NCBI GenBank assembly: GCA_036172245.1
Contig: JAYWIR010000026.1
Coordinates: 1,736,001-1,800,000 of the forward strand
DNA: 64,000 bases
From: Raillietiella orientalis
Taxonomy: Eukaryota
Reading direction: 5' to 3'
Shown here piece after piece: positions 24,109-37,240 of the stretch; the first letter of the stretch is position 1; each line of letters opens with the position of its first letter. The notes below the pieces were generated by a model, which saw nothing but the letters and a program-made list of their open reading frames with translations, was not told the origin of the DNA and searched no databases. The translations under genes were made by a program, and so were the position numbers.

Positions 24109-26449
24109 GCGCCGCCTCGCCCGCCGTCACTTCCGACGCCTCCCCTCCGTCCGGGGCGCGCCTTGGCGCTCCAGCACCGGCTACCTCGACGACGGCACCG
24201 AACAGCAAACGCCCTCCCCCCCTTTCGTCTTCCCTCCTTCCCTCCCTCCTGTCCTCACGCCGAGTCCTCTCTGCCTGCCTCCAGGAGAGACCACCCACTG
24301 ACCCCCCCACGGTGCCCCCAGCAGCCCGGGTGGTGTTTTTTTTTTTTGTTGTTGTTGTTTTTCCGCGCCCGTGCACTTCGCCCGTTCCCCGACTCGCCGC
24401 CATGGACCGATGGCGCCCGCAGCCGCCGCTTTTCGTATCCTCCCTTTCCCTCGACCCTCCCGGATTTTCCCACGGAAAGGCGAGCAGGGAAGAAGGAAGG
24501 ACAGGGCCCTCCGATGCTGACCCCGTCCTTTTCCTGCCCCACACGGCCCGGTCGGGCAACGAACCGCGCAGAACGGTGGGCTGCAACGCGTGTGTCCGCA
24601 GCCTGATCTTCCCTTCGCCCCATTCCGTCCCTCGCTCTCAAGGAGGGGAGGCCCCACGCGGGCGCGGGGGCGGCCTTCCCCCGGACACGGAGAAGCAGAA
24701 GGAAAGAAGAGACCGGCCCCGCCTATTCTCCGATCTCAAGGGTGGACTCGTGCGAAGCGCCCTCCTTGCCCCCAAATACAGGAATTCCCGTTTTTTTGGT
24801 CACGTGGTCTCTTTCCTCACCGCGTTGAGTTTCCCTCCCCTTCCTTCCCGACCCCTACGGCTCCCCCGACCCGCTGGAAGGCCTCTTCCCTCCGGTCCCT
24901 GTGAGGGCCTCTCGGGGAAGAGAGGGCGAATGGACCTGCAGCCGGAGAGAAAGAAAGCCGAAGCGCTCAGCGCCTCCCGGCCCATGGCCCGGAAGCGGAA
25001 GGGGGGGGAAACGCTCGTGCTCCCGCGAACGGCGATCCTGCAGGGCTCTCCTCCTCCAGCTCCCAGTCGGAGAGGGTCGGGAAAGCGGTTGTGGGGAACA
25101 GTTGGGGCCGCGCGCCGGTAAGGAGTCTCCGGAGCAGCTCTCCTGGCGATCCCTTCGCCTGGGAAACGCCTAAGGAGGATTTCTTGCGCCAAGCCTAATG
25201 AAGGAGAGAAAAGGGTAGCGGAGGTTTTCTGGAGGACTTTTCCTGGCTGTAGAATCCACCCCTCTGGGTCCAGGTCTTTGGAGACCCGCGCCTTTGGCGA
25301 TCGAACGACCCGAGCGCCCGGGGCTCGGGGACTGCCCATGAAGAGATGGGCAAGACGAGGACGCATCGGGCGGTCCGGCGCGTCGAGCCCTTCAGGGAGC
25401 GCATCTTCGCTCCTCTTCCCTTCCTGCCAATCTGCCCCTTCGTCCCTCTCGTTCTCGAGGTGGCCCCGTCTCCAGCGCCGCAGTCCTTCCGGAACGAATG
25501 AGGGCGAAGGAGGTGGGAGAGACCTCAGGGCGTTTGTCGGCAGTGGCGCGCACGTGCGCACCTCGCTAGGGAGACGAAAGGCGACTGCCGGCCCGTACGC
25601 GGGCGTTCGGTCGTAATCGAATTAGGGGAGACGGCAGCAGCACGCCCCAGGGCGAAAGGGCGCGCGGAGACGGGTCCGAGGAATGCGAGGCGCGCGTGGG
25701 GCGATCCCGGCCGCCTCTCCGAGCTCGATGCGGAGGGAGGGAGGGGACGTACGCTGGGGAAAAATGGGCGGGCGGCGGTGGAGTTCCGCGGGTGGGCGCC
25801 ACCTCGATTATTCCCTTTTCCTCTGTAGCCGCGGACATTCGTCTCCTGGGGGGCGTCGGATCGGAACCGACGGAGGGCAAGGACTCACTCGCGCTCCGAG
25901 GGGCTGGGAATGGCCACCCTGCTACTCAGGAGCTCCGGGATCAGAAAGGGGGGGAACATCCAAGGGAACTCAACGCCCTCGGAGGCGGCTGGAGAGTAAG
26001 TGCGGAGCAGCGGCAGCAACCTGGCGTTCCGACGTCCCTCCTTTAGAGGGAGCAGGGTGTGAAAAGGGAAGAACAGTCCCCGCAGACTCCAGGAGTCACC
26101 CTGCAGTCCGATGACAATGGACGAGGAAGCGGCGGAACCCTTGCCTCCTCCTGGACGGGAGTCTGCGGGAAGAGAGGGGAAACTCCTGGCGGAGAAGGGG
26201 TCTCGGGGACTCGGGTTTTCCGCCTCCTCACCCTACCGACCTCCCGTGGTCTCAGGGAACGGAGACCCTAGAAAGGAGAGGCGGGGCGCGATGGCAAGCA
26301 CGCCGCTCCTTCTCGGACAGATAAGCGCTGGAGGCAAACCCCGGACAGGAAACCCCGGACTCCTCCTTGGATGGGAGGACGCGGTAGCAGAACGGGAGCG
26401 CCGCGGAAAGCTCGTCGCCAAGGGGTCCGACGTCTCTAAGTTCCGGGAA

Positions 26450-29150
26450 CGGGAATAACGCTGTTCCAGCGGTCCCTGGACCCCTGCGAGCCCGCATCTG
26501 CGGGGGAGTTAGAGACACCCCTCCGGGTGTGACCAGTCTCCACCATCCGCCTCGACCTGTGGCAACTCCTGGGGTCAGGAGTTCCGGATCCGCGACGAAG
26601 GGCTGCGGACGGGAGGCGTCCAGCTGCTCCTAACCCTGGGCACCCGTGAGGACGACATCTCTGGAGGGACGGCTGGAAATCGAGGCAATGACCGGGTCGC
26701 TGCTCCCTGAGGCACTTCTGCCCAGAGGCTCTCGCGTCGGAGTTGTAGAGGTGCTTCGAGGCGAGGGGAGGAGACTGCCTCTGCAGCCCTCGCACGCCGC
26801 CTCGGGGCCTCGACCTACCACCTAAGAAAGGACTACTGAAGAGACCTCCCTAGCACGTTCTCGGAGGGAGGAACAGGCTAGGGTTTCCCTGGAGACGGCT
26901 GGACTCGACGCTCCACCTTCCAGGACACGACCGTGGAAGTTCATCGAGGGCGGCAGCAAGGAAGGCAGTCCCGGGACTTTCACTCCAGCGGAAGGCAGGC
27001 AGGCTCCACCCTCAGCTTCCTCTTCCGGAGATGCTGGCATTCCCAGTCGACGAGAAGGGAGGGGAAGCTGCCTCAGCCACTCCCCCGCTTACACTCGAAT
27101 TCCCAGCTGGAGGTCGGGAAAGAGGGGAGAGGAGGGATGGGGAACGTTTCCGTTGGAGACGAGCAGGAGGGGCAGTGGCAGGTACGTGGCTCAACGTGGA
27201 GGATGGTCGCTTTCTGGCACCCGAAAGAGGAAGAAGCTTCTTCCTGGGGTTCCCTTCATCGGGACCAGCGGCAGTGCCTCTCCCAGAATGTCTCTCCTTT
27301 CTCCTCCAGTCTCCCTCCTCCTCCTTCGGGATCGTCCGGAGACCGGGTGGTGCACGCGTCGGGATACATCCCGATCAGGTGGGGTTCGTCTCCACGCCGA
27401 CTGAGGGTACGGAAAGAGAGAAAGGAAGACGAGCCTGAGGAACCTGGGGAGAAACTTTCCGGGAGAGTCCAGGGAAAGAAAAAGGGGGCAGTGCGTCGCA
27501 GAGGTGTCGGCGAACCCGAAGGAGGGTGGTGGAAAAGAGGGGAGGAGGGCGAAAGCTGGTTCTAGGAGGCGAGGACTTAGGGTGTTCCCTTGCATCCGAT
27601 CATGGCGGTAGATCCCTTGAGAGGAGAACTGAGGAAGGAGAGGAGGGGGAAAATGAGATGCTGCTCGCAGCCTCACCTCGCTCTTTGCACCCGCCTAGCA
27701 CGAGACCCGGACTACCTGGACTAGGGAAGGAAACCTTCTCCAAATCTTTCCGGACAAGGGAGAGGAAAGGAAGGATTCCTCTTCCTTCCTCCAGGGCGGA
27801 GGCTGAGAACATTAGGGAGGCTCCAAGAAGGAAGCAGGAAGGAGAGAAGAAAGATCAGATCGGGTGCAGGGGAGGATGGAGGACTCGGTTGAGGGTTTCC
27901 TCGTCTGGGGGCTCCGTGGAGGGAAGAAGAGGGAAGGCTCCAGGAAAGGCGAGCAGTTGAGCGGCGGGGCTCTCAGGAGGGGCGTTCCAAGGACAGAACC
28001 GTCCTAGAGACGCACCCCGCAGCACGTCCGCACGGAAGGTGAGTCCCCCTCCCTTTCCCGCTGCCGACAGTCCCCTCTGGTGGATGTGGTCGGACAGCAG
28101 GGGCAGATCAGCCGCAGTCCATCTGGGGGGAGCCCATCCAGGCAGGCCACAGGAACGGAAGGCCTCGAGTGGCGTCCCTCGGACCCTCTGAGCAAGGAAG
28201 GTGTGCTCTCGGAGGGTGTTGACCTTGCACGCCACATCTCCTGAGAGTCGGGAGCTCTCCCTCCTATCTCCTGGACAGACGTATGCTGGGGCCAGATCAG
28301 AAGCGAAAGAGCCCGTCCGAGAGACTCTCTGGACAGCGTCTCACGGATGTTGGTGCCGGAACGCTCGGGTAGGTACCCTCCACGGTAACCGCAGTGGTCA
28401 CGACCGTAGGGGGAGGACAGGAGCAGAATCCTCAGTGGTGACCCATCATCCCCCATGCTCCCGATGATCAGGTCGCCTTCATAGCGATCTCGGAAGCTCC
28501 ACTAGGCCGACTAACGAGCTCTGGAGGGCGGACTGGTCCGAAGGGTTCCCTATTGGTCGCAGGGAGGATGGAACTCAGCGATGGTAAGGCTCCTTCCTTC
28601 CTCTCCCCAGGAACTCCTGGAGTGGCTCCTGGGGAGGGCGAGGAGGAGTGTGGACTGGTGATCACAGGGGAATCTCAACAGGAGTCTGGAATGGCCTGGA
28701 GTGGCACTCTACCGGTCCCTTCGCTCGTTTCCGGAGAGGAAGTGGAGAAAACGGCGACGGTGTCTCCGACAGAACTGGGATGAGGCGAGTTCTTTCTAGG
28801 GTTCTAGGGGGAAGAGGGGGAGGAAGGGCGAAACTCCACCTGGAAATCCATCTGGGGCACAAGCTGCACCCTTCGAAGGGCGAGATGGCGGGGGGGTGGG
28901 AGAAGAAGGGGAGGCTCCGGCGATTCCTGGCTGTTGTTCCTCTTGGGGTGCAGAGGGGACGAGGACGCCCGTCGAGGAGCGGCGGATAGTCTCCAGACCG
29001 TCGACCCTGGTCAACAGGCTCGGCATCACGGGTCGTTGTGCTGCTTGGGGTGAGGCCGAAAAGCCGAGAGACGACACAGGCAACGACCTGTGACCGAGGT
29101 CGTCGTTACTGAGGAGCTGCGGCGGCTGGGACGCGCACGGGTGGCTCATG
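26450..29150 (-). mobile_element. Possible highly decayed L1/Tx1-like retrotransposon (ORF1 zinc knuckles plus endonuclease traces)
   Basis: Frameshifted minus-strand fragments VTTAVTVEG/YLPERSGTNIRETLSRE, then ICPCC..(DHI)..DC and TCCG..FCP near 28110-27990 (two degenerate CCHC-like knuckles), then SAGV...FHGRVL near 26990-26920. Sequence texture differs from the flanks. Weak evidence. Confidence 0.3.
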
Positions 29151-32100
29151 GAAGGGAGAGGGAAGAGGCGCGGGTCCAGGGACGGGGAGGAGGGATGGCA
29201 AGGAGGACCCCTCCTACGCGGAACTAGGGCGACGCTATTGGATCGTAAAAGAGCCAGAAGCGAGAAGAAGGGGCGATGACCTCCAAGGAAGGCGCATCGG
29301 GTGAAAACCAGTACGTCCAGCTAGTCGGGAAGAAGTGTGTCCAGGCTCTGACGTTCCGACTGCGCAGTGCTACCGCTTGTTCCCGACTGTCGGGTCGTCC
29401 GTGAGCCTTGTCTCGGTGCCAACGGCTATGCCCAAGGTCTCTCTCCATGCCATCTGAGGCACCAGACCGAGCGCTCGTCCGGTGCCCGACGTCCTCAGAG
29501 TGCCGGGAAAAAGAAAAAGAATAGAAAAAACGGAAATCCTCTGGAATGGCCCGGATCGCCCTTCGAGAGGTTTGCCCCACCCGGAGAAACGGAGCAGCGC
29601 CTCCGTGGCCGGAGGATGGTCAGCCACGCAAGGGCTCGAAGAAGTCACATGAAGACCCACAGAGGGAACACGTCCGCACCAAGGAGGGCCGTCACGACTA
29701 TTTGGGGTGACGCTTTCTCCGACCCTTCTCGATCCCGAGGACGGGTATCGGGACTCTTCCTTCTCCCCTCCCTCGACTGCGGAGCACGCAGCATCCAAAC
29801 CAGGGCGAAGCCGCCTCGGCTCCTTCCCAGTGGACCCGCGCGGGTCCGGGAGTCCGGGAAGAGCGATTCCCGCCGATCCCCAATTTCCTTGGTTCGCTCC
29901 ACGTACCACCCCCGGAAACATCGGGGATGCGACGGACCCCAGAGAGCTCTTGGTGGAGCGCGCCAGTGTTTCCGCGCTGTAGGGGTCTACTTTCTCCCAT
30001 AGGATTGCGTCTCCTCGAGCGCTAGAGGAATGGGATCGAAGGAGGGAGGTTTTGGAGCGGCCAGGTCGGGAAGAAACGCCCCGTCCCTTGTTTTTATAGT
30101 TTCGCCCTCTGAACCTTTGGAATGCTCTGCTGCGTCCTCCCTCTCCCTCTCGTCGGCTCGTGATCAGAAGTGGGAGCGAGGGGAAGAAGGGTCCAGGGTC
30201 CGCCGCTCAGCAGGGAAGCAGGGAAGCCAACGGACTTGCTATTTCCTGGAACGTGCTCTGGCTGCTCCTCCATCCCCATCGGAAGTCCGCCTCCCAGTGT
30301 GCCTCCTCGTTTCTCATCTCTTCCTCTTTGCGGTCAGTCGATGTGGAAGAGCTCCTCACTTTCGGGACCCCACCTCCTGCCTCCCCTCCGCAGGGGACCG
30401 GCGCCGCTGCTGCTGCCCTCTGTCCCCTCCCTTTCGCGAATCGGCTGCTCTTGCTGGATTGGTGGGGACAGGGAAAGGAGCAGTCAGCCGAAGGGGCCTT
30501 CACCTCCTCCTCCTCCCTAGGGGGGGCTGCAGGATTCCCAGGACTGCAGCGCCAGCGAGGCATGGAGTGCAGAAGGAGGGAGGTGCCGCTCGCAGCACCG
30601 CCGGGCCGGAGGCATTCCTTGAGGTCTCCAGGAGGACGGGCCACCGCGGAAGGAAGCCCCCGTCCATCCTGTCTGGCTAGCGCTCCCGACACCGGAAAGA
30701 ACGTCACCCCCCCCCCTCTTCCTTTCCATGCTGCTCTGCTGTGCGCCTCTGCCACGAGGACGGGAGGGGAGCAGGCGGAAAGGATCCGAAGGGTGGACTT
30801 CCCCAGGATACGCAGCGATCGGCCTCTCCGCCTTTCCTGGCGCACCAGGGAGCGGGACTCACCCCTGATCCCGCCCCTTTCTCCTCAGCTAGGCATAAGC
30901 CTGCCGTCCGTGGCCCCGGGTGGCGGCGGCGCCCTTCGGCCCCGAGTGCGCGCGAGAGAGAGAGGGACACGGCGCAGTGGTCACCGCGCGCCGAGACGAC
31001 AGCGAGGGCGAAGATCAAGGCCGCCGGCGCCGCCGTGGTTCCCGGGAGAGGCCGGTCTGAGCGTGCTCGCGGTCCGGACCTCCTCCCATCTCTCCTCTGC
31101 AGCTCCAGCAGGAGTGAGAGCGCTGCCATGGTGACCACGAGGCAGCAGGCGCGATCCGGGAAGGCACTCCGCCCCGGTCCCGCTGCCCTGGAAAGGAGGG
31201 GAGGGGGGCTGGAACGAGCTTTGCGAGGAGGAAGAGATGGGTCGGTGCCTCTTCATGTAGGAAACGGCAGGATGAAGGCTCCCGGTTCGGTCTCTAGCCT
31301 GTAATGACCTCGGACGCGAAGAGGAATGGGAGGAAGAGGACCTCGAGAATCGCATCCCCTTCCTCAGGCACCCCGTCGCCTTCGTTTTTCTCAGAGCGTT
31401 GGCCGAGCCAGGTACCTGAGTGGTCCGCAAGAGCGCCCGCTGCCCGAGGCAGCGGCGGCTTCGCCCGCGTTCCCGGGCAACTTGCGATCCTTCCTCGAGA
31501 CTCCCGGATGCGAGAGAGAAGAGAGAGAGGGAATGAGGGGGAGGGGGAATCCCACGTGCCTCCGCATCGAGGCGTGGAGAACGTGCGAGGGTCGGCCAGC
31601 CGGCAGCGCGCGCGTGCGTGCAAATTCCAGAGCTCTCCGCTCGCTTGCGCCGTCGCTGGCGGCGAGGAACGCACGGAGCAGGAGAAGCGCCGCCGCCGCT
31701 GCCGATGAACCCGACCCGCGACGGGATCCAGGAGCTCTGCCGACGCACGCACGGCCAATCGGCGCGCCCATTCGTCCCGCGCATGGAGGACTCGTAGAAT
31801 CCACGCGGGCGAGCGACAGAGCCTTCTCCTCGAAGATTCCCCTCCCAGTGCCCGGCGCGGAGAGGGAGGAGGCGGTGACGGCGAAGAGGAGGGGAGAAGG
31901 GGAATTCCGGGCATCGTACCTCCTCCCCCTCTGCAGCGCCCCGGAAGGGGGATATGAAGGCGGAAAGGAGAGCTGCCTCGGAGCGGCGTCCGTCCGCCCC
32001 GTGTCTCCCGGGGCAACGGCTCTCGGTCCGCTGGAAGCTCCCTCGATCTCCCGGTTCATGGGGGCGTCGTCGTGCGCCCGATCCACCGGAGGCAGAACTC

Positions 32101-35100
32101 GCCCTCCGCCCAGTCCGAGCGGCACGCACCCGATGGAGCGTGACAGGTGGCGCGCGCGTCTCTCGCAAGCAGGGCTGAGAACTTCGCCGAGGGTTGCAGG
32201 CGGGGTGGTCGTCCGCCACGCCCCGAGGGTCTTCTTTTCTTACCTCGGGTCTGGACGGAAGGTAACGGGACTCCAGAGGGCAGCCTCCGGGCAAGCGCTT
32301 TCCGCCCTTTCCCCGTCATGCCCGTTTCCTTGCCTCGCCTCCCCGTTAGTTCACCCTCCCAGGGCTCCTTCCCGAAAGCGCCCTTTCCAGAGCTCCAACG
32401 AACTCGCCCTGAGGGTCTCCGACCGGCTGAGGGTCCGCCGTCGCGATGCTCCTCGGGTAGGTGGGCTGGAAAGGGAAAGGGGGGGGGGGAAGAAACATGG
32501 GTCGAAGCATTCCAGGAGGGAACTGGGTCCGACCTGGCACGGGGTCAGTGCCCCGGCTGCTGCGGGCGGAAGAGGTGCCCAAGGCCCTCCTCTCGACTCG
32601 CGATTTACGTAGCCCCGCGCGCAACTCACCCGTCCTCAAGAACGCGGAAAGAGAAGGGGATGAGGGGATGGAGAGAGCGTTCCCACGGGAAAGGAAGACA
32701 GGAGTCGGGAGGATCTCTTTCTCTGCGAGAAGAGGATGGGGAGGGGGGTCGGATGAGACGCTTCGCCGTCTGTCGGTCAGAGAGGTGAACCTGTGGAACG
32801 AAAGCGAAGAATCTCGGAGAGCCTTCCGACCCGCAGGTGCGGTTGAGGAATGGTTGGTTGCCTGATTCCTGGGTCCGGCTGGAGGTCGGCGCAACTCGTA
32901 TCCTGGAGTCTGAAACCCGGAAGACCCGACGGCTGGGCTTAGACCGTCTTCGGGATGAAGCGTGGCAGGAAGATCAGCGGTTCCCGTCCGGGGAAGGGGC
33001 GAGGGGAAGTTCCGACGGACCCCTGCACACGTCGGAGCGCACGAAAGGGCTGCTAGGTGGAGGAAAGACGGAAGGGGGCTCTTAGCTTGGATACGGGTGG
33101 GTCCGCCGCGACCATCTCGGTGGCGTGAGAAGCAGCTGACAACCGAAGTCAGCTCCCTCGGGAGACCCGACGCTAACAGGAGCCAGCGGGGAGGAGTAGT
33201 GGTCCATGCAAGAGCGGCGAAGGTCACGAATAAAAGGGAAAGATCAGCCCCTCTGGCTCGTCGGCCGATGGACCTCCGGCACGTGTCGGCCTGCCCTTGC
33301 CCAGACGATTCCCAGAGTGTTCCCGCGGTTGCCCAGGAGTGCACACCGACGAGCGTGCGGTGCTGAGGAGCTCGAGCCCTCCAGACCGTGATCTTCGGCC
33401 TCCACTCTCCTCTCACCCTCTCCCTTCTCGCACTCTCATCGGCTGCAAGATCCTCCGGTACATCGGAGGCTTTGGAGAGGCGACCCGGGCCATAGGAACC
33501 AGAGACCTCCTCTTGCAGGGCGCACAGCAACCGCAGCTCGAAGAGGAGGAGGAAAGGGGAGAGTCCCCTTTTTTGACCCGAGCCTCCCTCGCATCTTTGG
33601 AAGTCCATCCTGCATTCCCGTCACGGTCCCTGGCGCGGAAGGCGCAGTCGTCTCGGTCCTTTCTTTTTGACCTCACAGGTCACATGATTCAGTCCGGAGG
33701 AGTCCGGGACGGCCCTTGAATGGACCCACAAGTTCTGGCAGGTAGTCGTCAGATCGATCTCCAGCTTTCGCCCGCCGTGGACCGCAAAGTCGCGCCTCCT
33801 GGCATTCCTCTCTCACTATATCTGGTCGTCACATACGTCACATTCTTTTCCCGAAAGCGCAAGGGAGGGGGGGAAGTGCGGACCATAATGCCGACCCTTC
33901 ACGACCCTCCTTCTGTCCTGCAGCGCCTGAAGCGCTAGAGGGTTGCAGATCGCCCACCCCAAGGATGAATCCGAGTCGCCGACCTGGGTCAGCCGGAAGG
34001 ATAGGAGCGAAGGAAGGGAGGAATCCTGGAATGGTCTGGTCAACGCGTTGGCGAGCGAGCCGGAGGTCGTAAGTCAAGCCCAGGAGCACGAGCCCAAGAT
34101 CCGACCGAAGTGAGAAAGGTGGGGGACGAAAAGTGGGCGACGTGCAGAAGACGCGAGGGCCGGAGGTGCTGAAGTCACTGTTACCACGACCCTCACGTTG
34201 CCACCGTCGCCTTCAAACTCACCTTCTCCTCCTCCGCTCTCACTCGTAACAGAACCGTCGCTTCGACGCCTCTATGGAGGCATCCATTGCGACTGCCATC
34301 AAAGCCTGTAGAGCTGTTCTATTCATCTACCAGCACTCCCTGTACCGCTGCTGTTCTTGCTACCGCTGTCGGCAACGCCTCTGCTGCCTGCGCTCCCTCG
34401 CAGTTGCCATGGCCGCCTCTGGGTAAGTGACCAGCGTTTTCGCGCCCTCAACTACTGCTGCGGCCACGTTAATGATGCTGTGACTGCTCTTCCGTGTGAT
34501 TGGAGCGCTTGCTGCTCGAGGCTCCTGCAAGAGACGCTGTGCGACCGCGGTCGGCACCGTTGCCCTCTCAGTTCCCCAGCTGCTCGCCTAAGGAGGATGT
34601 CCAGTCCTTCGGGCCTTCACCAATAGCGCAAAGGGGATCCGAGAATCGCTCCAGAGTTCAGGAGCCGAGAGCATCTGCTCCCTGCAGAAAAGAAGACTCC
34701 GGTGGGTTGTCCAGAGGTCGTCCTTCGCTGGAGCTGCCAGAGAGCGAAGGCAGGATCGCCTCCACCACCTTCCCCGGTCCCTTGAGGGGAAAGGGAGTCA
34801 GGAGAGGGCTGTGAACGGTGTGTCGCGAAAGAAAGGGAAGGTCTTTCCTTCCTCAGCGTGAACACTATCTGGGTTCCCCCGCACTGAGGGTTGGATGAGG
34901 AAGATGGCCTGGGGAATCGGGAAGAGAAGGGGTCGTTGGGTCCTGGAGAGGGAGGATACGAGCGCTCTCCTAGAGAAAAAGGCTGTCATCCTCTCGCCCG
35001 AAGAACGAGAAGATCTCGGCTGGAGAGGACCCTCCTCCCCCTCCCATACCCCATGTCCTCCCAGGAAGAGGAGCTGCACGCTGATTCCGAGGTATTCCCG

Positions 35101-36899
35101 CGGGATTCGTGGAGGAATTAGAGACCGGCGATGGTTCTATGAGCTCTCCCAGTCGCAGGAATGAGGGAAGGGGGGAGGACAGGAACTATCCCCCCTTCAC
35201 GACAGTAAGTATCTCAGCTCTCCGTCCTCGCATGAGCCCCCATAGGAGCCCCATCGCCAGGGGGCCTTCACGTGGACCTCTCCCCACAGGTGGTGGTGGA
35301 ATCTCCGGAAGGTCAGCGAACTCTTGGAATTCAGAAGAGGGACAAAGGGAGGGAGAGCGTGGAGAGACGCTAGAGCCCTCCCAGGATGGTGGTGGATCTC
35401 TGCCTTTTTGCCCCTGACCTGTCTTCCATTCCCTTGCCCTTGCATTGATACTGATTTTCAGTGAACCCGCCTCCAAAGATGACCCTCCTGGAGGAGACCA
35501 CAAGAAAGGGAAGAGGGGGAGAGGGTGGGAAGATCGATCTGCACTCGCCGCACTCACGGAAAGACCTGCCGATGGTAGAGGAGACGGGCGCGCCCTCTCC
35601 ACTGGCACGGAGGGAGGCAACGGTGGGAGCATCCAGGAGAGGGCGGGAGGAAGGAGAGCGGAAGCTCGCTGCCTTCCTCTTCCTGCCTTGCCTCTCTGCT
35701 TTCCCTCCTTCTCTCTTGAGGTCTGGAAAGTCGAATCCACGTTCTCCCGAAAGCCTCGAAGGTTCGCGAGTAGGACGCGCGCTCCCTCTGAAGTTCGATC
35801 GGGAACGCAACACGACGGTTCTTTTCTCCCCCTCCTTTCTTCCGCTTCCGCCCTCTTCCTCTCGTGGACAGGGCGGAGACGCGCGCTTCTAGCTGCCTCC
35901 TCGGAAACCGAGCATGCCGGCCCCAGCATCGCACCACGAAATGGCGGCTGCTTTTCCCCCCCTCCCCGCGCTGGTGAGCGGCCCGTCGCCACCGGCAGCT
36001 CCAACAGAGCTGTCAGGCGGCGATGCCTTCGATGCAATGGTCCCGCGGTGGGCACCGCGAGGCCGAATTTCGGGAGGCAAAAGAAGGGTGCTCCCCTATC
36101 CCCTTTCCCGTCGATGTGAGCTGCCGGAATCGTCACTCTGGGAACGGAGCTCTGCCGGAACGATCCTGGGCGAGGTGCAGAAGTCGAGGCTTCCCACCCG
36201 AAGCCTGGCGGAAGAACTGCAGACCAGTGGGCGTGGAAGAAACTGTGGATCGCCAAAAGCGGTAGGACGGCCGTGGGCAAGCGGCCCGACAGTGGAAGAA
36301 GGAGGATGGAGCAAACCAGCATTCTTCTAGGCTGGAAGAATAAAAGTGCGCCTCTGCCTTTCCGCCGAGAGGCACAGGCAAGCAACAACAACAAAAATCA
36401 GAGTTGCCAGAAAGGTGCGGCCCACACACGTTGGTTTCCTCCTCCTCCTTGTCCAGAGTCTTACCTTCTTTCGATCGCAGTCCCTTCGAGAACCTTTTCC
36501 AGCAACACGAAGAGCTTTGCGACGTGCGTGCGATCAGGTGAACGCACGCACCGCTATGAAAGCGCCAAGCTTCAGTTGATTCTGACGATCCGATCAGGGT
36601 TATCACCCGGATACGCCGGGGCGTTTGTTAAAAATTCTCAACAACGTGATACGAGGCCCCGCTAACGGCCAACACAACACCGGGTCTACTGGGACGCCGG
36701 TACGCAGGCCAGAGTGACTCTCCTCGGAGGTGGAAGGGGATGGGAGAAAAAACAGAAAGAAAAATAAAACACAAGGAAACAAAAAGAGTTTGGAGGGACG
36801 GGAAGGGATCACTGTCCACTGGGAGGAGGGTCCATCCTTAGCAGGATGCCCTCGAAGTCCTTCTGCATTTGTCCCAACTGGAGACATCCCGTTGCTCTC

Positions 36900-37240
36900 A
36901 CTAGAAAGCGAACAACATAAGGGATGATGTCCCTCTTGTTATGAACATCTTCGTCGTCGTGGGCATCACTCCATGACACCACGGTGCCTCGGATGCAGCA
37001 AAGTGCTGCCAGGACTGCGGCTGGCTGCAGGGCGTCCCGCACGAAGAGAAGCCGGAAAACGTTTCTGGGTGTGCTGCCCACCGGGAGCCCGAGGGTCGTC
37101 CCAAAACGTTCCCATAGGGGTCGGAGGGTAGGACAGTCAACAATCAAGTGGGATTGTTGACTGTGGGATCCCCCTCCGATCGGGGGAGAGGATGGGGAGG
37201 AGATGGGTTTTGCAAGAATGCTCGGCTCACCCGTACCCAC
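36900..37240 (-). mobile_element. Decayed 3' end of a non-LTR retrotransposon ORF2 (C-terminal zinc-finger region)
   Basis: Minus-strand frame contains SHLIVDCPTLRPLWERF, matching the H-L-x-x-x-C-P-x-x-x-x-x-W second half of the CCHC finger at the end of LINE ORF2. The first Cys pair is lost. Boundaries are approximate. Confidence 0.5.

Noticed and set aside
33850..34100. Minus-strand peptide TYDLRLARQRVD...LGFILG resembling a LINE ORF2 tail
   Set aside because: The diagnostic Cys/His residues are absent; too weak to call.
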